Positions 51,255 through 62,704 of a DNA stretch of 64,000 nucleotides are shown here, piece after piece. This DNA comes from Takakia lepidozioides. Its lineage: Eukaryota; Plantae; Bryophyta. A program made the position numbers and the translations under genes. Position 1 is the stretch's first letter. Each line of letters begins with the position of its first letter. Location: positions 53,258,001-53,322,000 of the forward strand of contig CM060732.1 in the NCBI GenBank assembly GCA_030704615.1. The letters are read 5' to 3'. The notes under the pieces are model-generated. The model ran no database searches. It was not told where the DNA came from and saw only the letters and a program-made list of their open reading frames with translations.

Positions 51255-51901
51255 TGTCACGGATATAGCCCAGATGAACTTACTAGGAGTAAATACCAGA
51301 AGTTATCAAGTTACCATGACTTACCGTGATTTATCATGATCTACCATGATTTACCATTACTTATCAAGTTACCGGGAGTTTACCAAATTACCAAGAGTAA
51401 CTTGGGAAACTGCTCAGGAAACTTCCTTGGAGGAAACTTCTCCATCAAGATACCTCCTTGGTTTAAGGAAGCTTCTCCATCAAGAAACCTTTGTTTAATC
51501 TTGGAAACTTCTCCAGCAAGAAACCTCCATAAGGGAAGCTTCTTAGGGAAGCTTCTTAGGGAAGCTTCTTAGTAGTCAGTATATATAGGAGGCAAGACTG
51601 GACACTCTTCAGTCTCGCCAACACCAGTTCAAGCTACTCTTGTTTCCAGTTCCCAGTACTCTAGTCCAGTTCCCGGTACCCTAGCCCAGTTTCCAGTATC
51701 TGGTACTCCAGTCCAGTTTCCAGCATTTCCAGTATTCAAGTCGTGTTCCAATATCTCGTATTCTTGTTCTTTGTTATAAAGATCGTCTTGATTCATATTT
51801 ACTCATCATGCAATCGGCCACGCCGGCCTTGACTTCTTGTCTAGTCTTGTACCTCTAATCTGATCTCTGATTTGTGTTTAGTCATGTTCTCGTCCTTGAC
51901 A
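51255..51901 (+). repeat. 3' LTR (647 bp)
   Basis: Direct repeat of the 5' LTR, preceded by the PPT and followed by the TSD. Confidence 0.97.
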
Positions 51902-52071
51902 GCTTCTATATATATACCAGTACCAGCCTCGTGTGTTGAAAGTACAATACCAGTCCAACACTAGTAATGACCTCTTTGTATTTTCAGAGTATTGTTCTCT
52001 TTACATTTATTTGCAAATACATTTTCTTCTCATTTCTAACACTTTTGGTGGTTTTCAGGTTTTCAGGTTAT

Positions 52072-52218
52072 TGTCACGGACATAGCCCAGAGGAACTTAC
52101 CATGAGTAAATACCAGAAGTTACCAAGTTACTATGTTACCGAAAGTTACCATGATCTACCATGATCTACCATTAGTTATCAGAGTTTATCAAATTACCGA
52201 GAGTAATTTGGGAAGCTG
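52072..52218 (+). mobile_element. Truncated 5' part of a third, related LTR
   Basis: tgtcacggacatagcccagaggaacttacc... matches the LTR start; similarity ends at ~52218. Confidence 0.85.
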
Positions 52219-52634
52219 GCTTTTTCCACGGCTTTTTCCACACTTTTTGGTGTGGAATCAGCCGCAATCCACACCTGCCGTTGGTGTAAGAAACGACTAG
52301 TGCTTTCGGACACCCCGTGGATGGCCTGGCTCTCGGGTGGCCCTGTGAAAAAATCCACGGGAGGCTTTTTCCACAGGTGGTTTTTTTCACGGGGTGCATG
52401 GTCACATGGCCGCTGACATGGCCGATGGCATAGCTAACATGACAGAGTGTGAAAAAGGCCAGTGTGGCATGTTTCACGGTGGATTTCACACCTTGAACAA
52501 GCCACTATGCAACATGTGTCATATTTCATACTTCGACAAGTCACTATGCAACACGTGTTCGTTCCTATGTGGTGGTACGCATTAATTAATTATTAATTGT
52601 TTTCCAATATAAAGTTTGAATATTAATGGATTTA

Positions 52635-52636
<2 letters not shown>

Positions 52637-52679
<43 letters not shown>
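52637..52679. repeat. (ATT)n microsatellite
   Basis: About 14 tandem ATT units. Confidence 0.9.
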
Positions 52680-52680
<1 letters not shown>

Positions 52681-52989
52681 GGGAAAATGGACTATGGCCT
52701 TGATGAGAATATTATTAAATAATAAAAAATTAAAATTATATTTTTAGAAATTATATTTATTTGCTCAGATACCAAAACACACCCTTTACAGGGAAGGAGA
52801 GTTTGCCTTAGTATCCATGCTGAGTTGCATCTCCTACTCTCTTAGGCATTCACCTTTTTCCCTCGGTTGTCCCACCCTTGACTGGGTCAGAAAAGCATTC
52901 ATTCCACAACTTCTCCTCATCTCTATTACATGTTTCTGGATACTTTCTTATTGTCACTTTGGCAATATCATGTCAAAATCACTCCAAAC

Positions 52990-55900
52990 TATGTACCATC
53001 TACCCATGCAGGTTTCTTGTAGCTATCCTTCCACAGGGAATCATAAGTAATCTGGAGCTTGAAATCCGGCCCTCTTGGATAACACTCTATCCCTGCTCCT
53101 TCAGCTGTCCATGCCTCTGCATAGATCATGCATACATCCTTGCATTGTTGTTAGCAGCTGACAATGGCAGCTTAGAGTTGTTCCAGCAAACACCCAACTC
53201 AACTTATTACACCAGTTCCTATTCTCAATTGCATCTACCACTCTGTAATCCAAAGGCATTTACCTTCCAAGACGGTTGTTCCAGACACAAGCAGCACACA
53301 CCAGAGGTCCTTTTGGGTTGGTGATCGGTCATAACCTCCATGGGTCATGACACAAGTCAAGTCCACAATGTGGTGAGGGCACCTTCTTCTTCAACCTATT
53401 TCTGCCCCCTTTGCCCTCTCATCAGACTCGTCCCTGAATGTTTGGTGATAAAGCCCTAGTTTGTCTTTTGCTCTTTTAACTCTATAGTAAAATTATCAGA
53501 TGGAGGAGGGTCAGAGACAGTTGAAGGAGTAGGGATAGAGAGTGGGTCCAGATTCATCCAAGAGGGCCAGATTTCAAGCACTATGATTCCTTGTGGATCC
53601 ATTGCTACAAGAAACCTGCATGGGTAGATGGTGAACTGGAAGCTGCAGCAGCAGCGACACAATTGAGAAAATCAGGCACTGCTAATGAAGGCAACCTTCT
53701 TCAATACATTTCACCCTATTTTTCCCTCTTATCAAAATCGGCCCTAAATTTTCATGTTGAATTCTGCAATTTACTGGTTGAGTGAACCTTTGATAGTTTG
53801 CAATGCGTGTGCAAGCCTGGCAGCTCTGGAGAACGGCAAAGAGTCCATGGCGACATTGTCAGAGCTGCAATTGTACCACATGTCATTCTGAACAATACCC
53901 TTGTGGACATGTATGAAGGGAGTGTTCGATAGCTCTGGGAAAGAGGAAAAAGTCCATGGTGACATCGTCAAAGTTGGAATTGTACCATGAGCAAATGAAT
54001 AGAAGGATGAAGCCCGACCACATCAAGTTTGTGGGCGTTTGCAGTGAGTGTGCAAGCCTGGCAGCCCTGGAAAAGGGCAAAGAGGTGCATGGTTGCATCG
54101 CCAAAGCTGGAATTGTACCAGATGTGATTCCCTGTGGCTCAATAGCTACAAGAAACCTGCATGGGTAGATGGTCAACTAAAGGCTGCAGCTGCAGCGGCA
54201 CAGTTAATAAAACCATGACCACAGCTTCTGAAAGAGGATCAAGAGAGGGAGTCCACAATGCCTCTTCTGGCACTTTTGGGCATGTGAAGATGCTTTGCGG
54301 CAGGCAGACGAACAGAGGCTCTACAAACTTTAAACCAATGAGGCATTTCAGCAGATTCAGGTATGTATGTTTGTCTCTTGCTTAAGTGCATCAAGATGGA
54401 AGGTCTGGAAGCTGGAAAGCAGGTGCACACTCACATAATTCAAAGTGGATTCACGCCAAATATTTTTCTACTCAACACCCTTGTCTCCATGTATGTTGAG
54501 TGCGGGAGCATCATGGATCCTCACCAAGTGTTCAACACAATGCCTCAACGATCTTTGATCACGTGGAATATAATGTTGGCAGGAGTTACCAAGCATGGGT
54601 GTGGTAGGAATGCTTTGGAGACCTATGAGCAACTGTTTGCGCGAAGGGGTGAAGCCCAACCACATCACATTTGTTTGTAATGCGCAAGCCTGGGAGCTCT
54701 GGAAAAGGGCAAAGAGGTCCATGGTGACATTGTCAAATCTGGAATTGTACCCGATGTCATTCTGAACACTGCCCTGGTGGACTGCATGTATGCCAAATGT
54801 GGGAGCATCGAGGATGCAAAGGAAGTGTTCATGGCTGAACGAGATGTGGTGTCGTGGAGTGCGATGATTGCAGGATATGCACAGCAAGGCGCGGATGGAG
54901 GCTTTGGAGACCTATGAGCAATGATGCAGGAAGAGGTGATTCCCTGTGGAAAAATAGCTCCAAGAAACCTGCATGGGTAGATGGTCGACTGGAAGCCGCA
55001 GCAGCAGCGACACAATTGAAAAAATCAGGCAATGCTAATCAAGGCACCTTCTTCAACACATTTCACTTTGTTTTCCCCTCTTATCATAATCGCCCTAAAT
55101 TTTCATGTTTCAAGAATTCTGCAAGTTAGCTGGTTAAGTGAACCTTTGATAGTTTGGAGTGACTTTGACATGATACTGCCAAAGTGACAATAATGTCGGA
55201 TTGGTCCGTGAGAACCACCACGGTGCAGCTGAGCGAGCAGATATTGAAACATGGCCTGCTAAGACCAAGCTGATTCTCCCAAGAACCTTGTAAACATCAG
55301 GAAGAATAGTACCAAAGCATGGTACTAACACGAGCCAAAAGCCCACATTTGTAGGATGGACAAATTTATTTACATCCTACATTAAGAAAAAGCCACACCT
55401 TGCGATTGCAATTGTCCCACCATCGTGAAGAAACTCATGCCAGCTCTGCTCCGTGCTGCAAATTCAGGGCCGAGTCTGATGAGAGGGCAAAACAGCCTGA
55501 AATAGGTCGAAGAAGAAAGTGCCCTCACCACATTGTCCTCGACCTTGTGTCACGACTACCACGGTGCAGTTGAGCGGGCAGAGATTGAAACACAGCCTGC
55601 GTTAGGGTTCAACCTGTCCGGCATCATTTCCATGTTTCCAAAGCCTTCGTACCACACTGCGGTCATTGCATTCCACGACACCACATCTTGGCAGCCATTT
55701 CGTCGAATACACCCTTCACATCCTTGGAAAACTCATGGCTGTTGTCCCACCATCGTGAAGGGTAAAACTCATGCCAGCTCTGCTCCGTGCTGCAAATTCA
55801 GGGCCGAGTCTGATGAGAGGGAAAAACAGGCTGAAATATGTCGAAGAAGAAGGTGCCCTCACCACATTGTCCTCGAGTTCCTGCTATCACGATGCTTAGC
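52990..55900 (+). pseudogene. Mosaic of duplicated PLS-class PPR fragments and associated repeats
   Basis: CASLAALEKGKEVHG, LEAGKQVHTHIIQSG, NTALVD.MYAKCGSIEDA, RDVVSWSAMIAGYAQ. The block aagaaacctgcatgggtagatggt occurs at ~53610, 54150 and 54962, and inverted at ~52995. Confidence 0.85.
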
Positions 55901-55994
55901 ACTAAGAAGACCGGACCCCAAAAAACGCTAAGTCCCAGCCCCGCACACCGCGACCCAACAGCCCTAAATTCGAGCCAATTTTTGAAGTTTTTGA

Positions 55995-56107
55995 ACGTTT
56001 TGCACCCTAACATCATATAAAATAATTATATTGTCCATGTAATTATGTGAAGGTATTTTTAGCTATATATATATATATATATATATATATGTTAGGGTGC
56101 AAAACGT
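55995..56107. repeat. Short 19-bp inverted repeat enclosing (TA)n; possible miniature element
   Basis: acgttttgcaccctaacat (55995-56013) / atgttagggtgcaaaacgt (56089-56107). Confidence 0.6.
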
Positions 56108-56348
56108 ATATATATAACAAGGTACAAAGGCCCTGGTTAATTTATTTATTGCGTAAGGTTCATAGTCATGAAATGAGTTGGGTGAGGCACAATCCTCGCT
56201 CGACCATCCTCCCACACTCGGAGCAGGTGTGTCCCCTCCCACTTGAACCTCTTGGCTCGTGAAATGAAAGTGAAATGAATAAATGACGAACCAATAGCGC
56301 CTATCCGAATAAGGCTGTACAGCCTTATTTCTTATAATTTTGAAATTA

Positions 56349-57409
56349 AGCGACCGCTAATACTACGGTCGTTATTTCTATTTTTTATGGAAAACAAGCG
56401 ACCGCCACTACTACGGTCACTTTTATTTCTTATCATTTTGCAATATTGCGGTCACTTCTATTTTGTATATTTTTAAATTTAAGCGACGGCCCGTATGGCG
56501 GTCGCTATTGTTTTTTATTTCAAAATATAATGCGACTGCCGGTATGGCGGTCGCTTCATTTGTTAATATATTTATAATAAAGCGACCGCCAATATGGTGG
56601 TCGATTTTATTTTTAATAATTTTTAAAAAAATGCGACCGCCAATATATTGTCGCTTTTATTCTTTATATTTTCAAGTTTAATCGACCTCCAGGCTGGCAG
56701 TTGCTTAAACTTAATATATATTTTAAAATTGAGGCGACCGCCGGTTTGGTGGTCACAAATATTGTATTGTTTTAAAACAAGCGACCACCGGTGTGGCGGT
56801 CGCTTTTATTTTTTTATGTCGCTTGTGTTTTTTTAGATAATTTTAAACTTACCGACCGCCATATGGCGGTCGTTTGTTTTTCTATATATTTTTTAAATTA
56901 AGCAACCGCCCAATGGCGGTCGCTGTTTTTTTTTTTTTTTTTGAAATTATCCGGCCGCCATATGGCGGTCGCTTGTTCTGTACATATTTACAAAATTGTG
57001 CGACCGCCAATACGGCAGTCGCTTGTTTTCTTTTTAAATTAGGCAACCGCCAATGCGACCGCCAAGATAGCGGTCGCTATTTCTTTCTTTTAATTCGAAA
57101 AATAAAGCGACTGCCAGTGCGACCACCAATCTTGTTTAAAAAATAAATAAAAATTGAAGCGAAATTGAAGCAAATTGAATTTCGAAAAACAAAGCGACCG
57201 CCATAATTGGCGGTCGCGTTCGTTTTGTTAATTTTCAAAATGTATTTGCCACCGCCACCGTGTCGGCGACGTGGCTGCTTAAGTGACAGTATTTTACCTG
57301 GTACTATTTTTACCAGAATATTCCCCGAACCTGACGTGACGGAGGTCCCGTCAGCGTCAGGTCTGACGGACGTGACGCTAACGGACGGACGTGGAGCTGA
57401 TAACCGGGG
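56349..57409. repeat. Array of ~17 palindromic GCGACCGCC-N4/5-GGCGGTCGC units, period ~49 bp, plus terminal gacgga-rich block
   Basis: Units at ~56349, 56396, 56481, 56531, 56580, 56631, 56681, 56732, 56779, 56851, 56900, 56951, 56999, 57055 and 57193, with AT-rich non-identical spacers. Confidence 0.85.
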
Positions 57410-58365
57410 TACGAACCAGGGAAGTCCAAGGATCACACGATTCGTTGGAGACTGGATGATGTTGAAAACAATATGTGATGCTTGATCTTCAAGTGGTCGA
57501 GTTTTATGGTCAACATTTCCTGATGCTAACGGTCGTCCATCGATGACTTCAACGGGGGCCGAGAGTTTCTTCTTTACGAGCATTAAATTGTGTTGCTTCG
57601 CAAAGTTTTTGTCAATAAAACATGTTGAAGCCCCTGAGTCCAAAAGTGCTTCTACAGAGATATCTCGATTTTGCACTCTGATTTTTACCGGAACTGTGAA
57701 GCAACGTGCAGGGTAGAAAGAGACATTTTTTTGGTGAGGAATTTGTGGTGTCCAGCCGCATGGTCCCTACTGTGACTGGACATCTTCGTTTTCCGATCGC
57801 AATAAAGACATAATCCATTCGAGCGCCGTCTTTGTTTTTCTTGTGGCGTCAATGGCTTGAATCGGACAGTATCAATCTGTATATGATCACTACCGGATGT
57901 CTGATGGACCGTTGTGTTTGGTACCATAGTAGTAGCGGCAGGATGCGTCGTCGACCATCCAGATCGTTTCTCTTGACGTCTTTCGAACAAATGATTATCG
58001 CATGCAATGACTTGGGTGATGAATTTGCTCAGTGTGCTCATGTTTGGCATTGTCAGCAACAAATCTTTTACATCCTCCTTTAGCCCACATCGAAACTGGC
58101 TAATAAAGCTCTTTTCATTCTAGTCGAGGTCGCACGCAAGTTGTCGAAATTCGGCAGCATAAACGGAAGCAGGACGTGATCTTTGTCGAAGATTTCGCAT
58201 CTTTGTCTCTGCAACTCTCTCCCTATCATTTTCTCCAAATGTTGCAGTGAACTCGGACATGAATGCTTCAAAATTGTATAGTAAATGCGATTTTTTTTTT
58301 AATAGCGGTGCAAACCAAGATAGGGCAGTGCCTGATAGAAGGGTGCCCACGAATTCCACTTGAAT
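57410..58365 (-). mobile_element. Inverted internal fragment (gag C-half plus protease) of the same chromovirus family
   Basis: High similarity to 46482-47540 (LLSGTALSWF, LLDSGAS). An ~85-bp deletion removes most of the Zn knuckle. Confidence 0.92.
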
Positions 58366-58499
58366 TTAGAACGGTGTGAAAACAGCCATGAACATGGCGG
58401 GAGTTGGCTTAGTTTACATGACATGTTACACACATGTGTGAAATGGGACCATAGATTTCCCACATTGTGGTGTATGGGGAGTTTGAGAATGATGCCCTT

Positions 58500-60020
58500 G
58501 GAAAATGATCATGAGCTTCATGTTCATGTTTAGAAATCTGCACGATGGGTTACTAGCAAGTGAAGAATCACCCCCTGCTACACCCCATTTTCAATCTCTA
58601 CATTATGAAGTCTATAATGCCCTTGGAGAAATGAGCATGAGGATCGCATTCAAAGGTGGTCCCGTTCTGTTGCAACCTATGACACAACTAGGACAAACAG
58701 GCATATGCATGATTTACAATTTTTGCCACAAATCACTTGCATCATCCTTACATTGAACTCCTTGCTTATGTGACATGCTTGGACTTTGTCATCTCATACA
58801 TCAAAGAAAAAACCAGAATATTTCGAAAAAATCCATAAAATTTTAACAAGAGACCAAAAATGAAACCCAGGTCTAGGTGGGTGGCATGGTGAGTCTCTAT
58901 ACAAAGTGATTTATTTTAAATTGTAAGTGGTTTCAACAACTTCATAGCAACTTCATAATTATATTTTAAATTCATGTAAATTGAAATATATAGTATTAAA
59001 TAGAAATAGTTGTTTTAACTACTCATCATTCTTGGATCATATATAAGGGAAGAGGGTCACCAAGCTCCTCACTTCTTTTGGCACAAACACTTGAGATTGC
59101 TTGGGGTGTTCTTTTCCATTGAACGAGAGTGTAGCCCAAGAGGAGGGTGCGCACCTTTTGCCGTTGTGGCTTCCACCAAAGCCACTTCAGCAGATTATGT
59201 ATAAACTCAATACTACAACCCACATCGACCCATTTGGGTTGCTGACAGGTGTAAAAGTGATGGGCTATCGCATACATTCACAACACGTTCATTTATAGGT
59301 GACTGTTTTTTGTTGCTTACATTGCTAGGGCCCAAGTTGAGGGAGGAATGGAGCCCTTGGTATACGGCAATCCCGAACACTGTCAGTGCCACTGGTAGTG
59401 TTGAGTGCACCCTTCATACAAACAATGGTGTCGAACCCATTGTACAGTCGACGGGACGGGATCATGTCTCACCGATACGACCAACTCCACCACAATGTCA
59501 AAACCGATCGAACTCCTCGTCAGCACAGCGGGCATTAAGGAGCAACATGGTTGATCTGTTTTCCACACGCATGCATCATTCTGCTACATTGGACCGGGCG
59601 GAAGTTGAGGCCTCAGATGATGACAACCTGCCACTACAATTCCACCTTAACCGACGTGTTGCGCAGCAGACCTGTGATTCCTCACATGCTGGACCATCTA
59701 ATGTCGGTCCATCTCGGGCAGACCCCCCTCCGGTACCTCCTTCGAGACCACCTTCGATTGCGTCCCAAGTCCATAAACGACAGAGAACAGTCCAACCTTT
59801 TATAGGCGATCGGCCCACAAACAAGCCCGATACCGTGGATGGTATTCAAGACCGGAGTGGGAGTCAACCTCAGAGAGAACTAAATGTGGTTCGAGGTCGC
59901 TTGCAGATTCAAAGGCCTGGACACATGAGGTCGGATAGGGAGGACGATTCCAGCACCGATCATGGCAATGGTGGTGAAGTCGAGGGTGACCCGGATTTTC
60001 AACCCATCGGAGCATTATGA
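58500..60020 (+). pseudogene. Decayed TE accessory gene, possibly plant mobile domain (PMD)
   Basis: Fragments EVYNALG..GGPV and FSRLC..LGC*QV*K*WAIAYI weakly resemble PMD. A 236-aa low-complexity tail ORF spans 59310-60020. Confidence 0.3.
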
Positions 60021-60215
60021 TTAGGATCTTCTTCGTCCCGCCGTCGAAGCAGTAGAAGGAATTGAAGCAAAACAGTTGTAAGCACGCATCAGCACATTTT
60101 AGTGGACATGTTTACATTTCTGTAGTGAAGTAATACCAGTGTGATCATTGTCACTATGAGTATTTGTATTGTTGTTGTGTATGTGTTGGAAAATAAAAGA
60201 TGTTGCTCATGTGTA

Positions 60216-60586
60216 TGTCAAGTTAAATAAGCACAGTGTGAAAACAGCTAGAATAAAACTAGTTATTTGTATTTAACACTTGGATTTAGGTCAAGTGTTA
60301 AATCAGGTGTCAAGTTTAGTTTGACACCTGGTCCGTCTTATCTTCACGAGAGCGGCAGTCGCGCAGCTCATCTCTCTCGAGTTGAGCCTGCGCGACCGAG
60401 CTCCTGCATCGTTTAGGTTTGAGTGTGCTTATGTAGGGGTACAGGTTGTTGTGGGGTGGAGTCCCCATAGCTTGGGGTGCCCCTGGCTCGACTTCTGTTT
60501 CAATGAGTGATAGTGATGGATTTCATATTTCTTGTGTTGGGAGTGTGTGTCCTTCTTAGCTTGCTTATCACTCGAGAGAGATGAGC
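60216..60586 (+). mobile_element. LTR-like multi-hairpin repeat (60216-60570) with adjacent self-complementary PBS-like site (60570-60586)
   Basis: TG..CA ends and homology to 1485-1802. actcgagagagatgagc is the exact reverse complement of 60366-60382. Confidence 0.6.
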
Positions 60587-60740
60587 GTTATCTAGTGTGC
60601 TGGTGCTAAGCTAGATACAATGTTTGTTTTTAGCACTATTATAATATATATTTTGGGGCAGGAGTCCATCTGGCGCTGCTGTTGCCATGGGCTGTGCGCG
60701 CAGATTTAGTTGTCGTCTCTGCGCGTGAGTTTGAAAACCA

Positions 60741-60929
60741 AGAGGTTTCAAGGTTGATGGGTTTTGCAAAACAAGCGCTCCAGATGTCTATGCCGTTGGT
60801 GATGTTGCCACCCTCCCCTTGAAGCTGTTCGGTGACCTACGCAGAGTAGAGCACGTTGATCATGCTCGCAAATCAGTTATTCAAGCTGTTCAGGCTATCA
60901 AGGCAGCTGAGGAAGAGAAGACTATTGCT
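60741..60929 (+). pseudogene. MDAR: Monodehydroascorbate reductase fragment
   Basis: GFKVDGFCKTSAPDVYAVGDVATLPLKLFGDLRRVEHVDHARKSVIQAVQAIKAAE; isolated and uninterrupted. Confidence 0.85.
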
Positions 60930-61789
60930 GGAGGTGAAAGCCTCTTTGACAGACAAGGCGGTTTGGGAGATGACACCAGTAAAAGACTGGAGAAGGGTGG
61001 TACTGCTGCCGGCAAACACTTATATGTTGTATCAGACGCTGGCTGCAGCACGCTTGAGACAATGGTGCTGCTCTGGGAGCTTTCAGCGTATGTAAGTAGC
61101 TGCGCAAGAGCTGCAAAGCTGGGAAAATGTTGACGAGGATGCTGCGACAGCAACCAAACCCTGCAAGCCATAACCGAATTTGTGGCCACTTGAGCAGGAA
61201 GTAGGGAATAATCAGGTGTACAAGTCATGTGGGGCCTCTCTGTTTCGGGAGAGACGTCTTCAAGATCAACACTCGCTTGTGAGGGAGCGGGAGCCAGCGC
61301 AAGGCAGGGGAGGTGAATCAATCCAGAGACGGCGTTTCTCTGAGAGGTGAATGCCATCGGAGATACACTGTCCACAAACTGCATCCTGAAGAGATTGTCT
61401 GCCCAGAACGTAGCGGTAAATTGCGAGCTGGGTTGCAGTGTTAGGCAACTCGATGTCGGGGGCTGCTGCAGAGCGGCAGAGCGGCAGATGCACTCAAAAG
61501 TAGTGGTTTGCAGGAAGAGAAGTAGCAGCTCATGTGGTTTGAGGGTCAGGCCCGCAAGAAGACTTACAGTTATCTAGTTATACACGTCCTGAATCGCATG
61601 TCGTCCGTGCTGCACCATTGGGGAGTCCGGTCTCATTAAGGGGGCCAGCTTGAAGCGCAGGTCACTGGGCTGTGTGTAGTGCCATCCATACTTAGGTATT
61701 TGGGCCTCAGGAACCAACAGCAGGGTTGCAAGCGTGGCGATCTTCTCATGCTCCCCTTTCCATCGCGTCCCGGCCTCAGCCCACAACGG

Positions 61790-61935
61790 TGGTGAGAGCT
61801 GTGGCAGCTATTGCGGAAGTACAGAAGAAGTGGGAAAGTTTGGATGGTGACATAGAGTACCTTACCAGGTCTACGAGACTTGTCCAGTGGTATCCTGGGC
61901 ACATTGCCAAAGCGGAAAGATCACTCAAGGAGCTA
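61790..61935 (+). pseudogene. N-terminal fragment of a plastid RbgA/YlqF-type (DAR) GTPase
   Basis: WESLDGD..TR..RLVQWYPGHIAKAERSLKE, then abruptly truncated. Confidence 0.8.
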
Positions 61936-62704
61936 TAAGATCAAGCCTTGCGGATGTTGTGGGTGCCGTGCTTGTCCTTGTGTCGCTAGCAAGAAAGCCC
62001 TGTGTGTTTATGCTGGGAGGCGAATACACCTCTGATACAGTGTCTGCCACAGGCACTTGAGAGTGGAGCGCTGCATCCCTTAGAGAACCCCCAGAACTTC
62101 TAGAATGGTCAAACTGATGGTGAGAGTCCATAACCACGCCATCTGCAGATGCTCGTGATACACTCACCTGTTCTTTTACTCCATCTGCTCCTTGAGTCTC
62201 CTCTGTCACCTCCATGACAGCTACAACAGATCCTCTAATCACCTACACTGAAGAGGCTGAGTTGACAGTTCGTGCCGGATCTATCCCTTGGCTGGTTAAA
62301 GCCTATTCAATGCCTCCCAAGGGACTATGAATCTCACTGGCGAGGTCCTGTGGGGGGGAACGGCCTCGGGAACCCGTAGATAACCTGGGAATAGGTTGTA
62401 ATGGCGAGAACGTTTTGGTGTTATTTATTTTTTTTTTTAAAGAAAAAGAAAAAGAAAAAGGTGTTATGTTTAAAGAGCCTGGCTGGTCATAACTTTGTCA
62501 AATGGACTCTGTTTGACCCAGTTTTTGAGGGGATAGCTGCAGAAAGGGGAAATCTACCAATCTAGACCTGGTTTTTGTTTTTAGGACTCTGCTAAAAATC
62601 TATGGAATTTTTAGAGTGTGAGTGTGCCATGAAAGATCCACAATTCTGTTTCTAGAACCTGTGCTGGTCTATATGAGAGACAAATTGGTGGATGTACTCC
62701 TTGC

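Larger units (their letters stand above)
45454..51901 (+). mobile_element. Full-length Ty3/gypsy chromovirus LTR retrotransposon (Tcn1/Tf1-like), inactivated
   Basis: LTRs TGTCA..TGACA, 5-bp TSD GCTTC (45449-45453, 51902-51906), PPT AGAGAATGGGG at 51241-51251, and domain order gag-AP-RT-RH-IN-CHD. Confidence 0.97.

Noticed and set aside
55465-55530. Hammerhead ribozyme (CTGATGAG...GAAA; also ~55810 and ~53420 minus)
   Set aside because: The putative stem II is not kept in the other two copies, and no stem I/III with an NUH site can be formed.
56349-57220. True CRISPR array
   Set aside because: Eukaryotic context, no cas genes, degenerate repeats and low-complexity A/T-tract spacers.
57077-57676. 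199-aa protease fusion ORF
   Set aside because: Chance read-through from the truncated gypsy fragment into the palindrome array.
60216-62450. 60216 and 62396 as the paired LTRs of one element
   Set aside because: The two sequences are not similar beyond the initial TGT.
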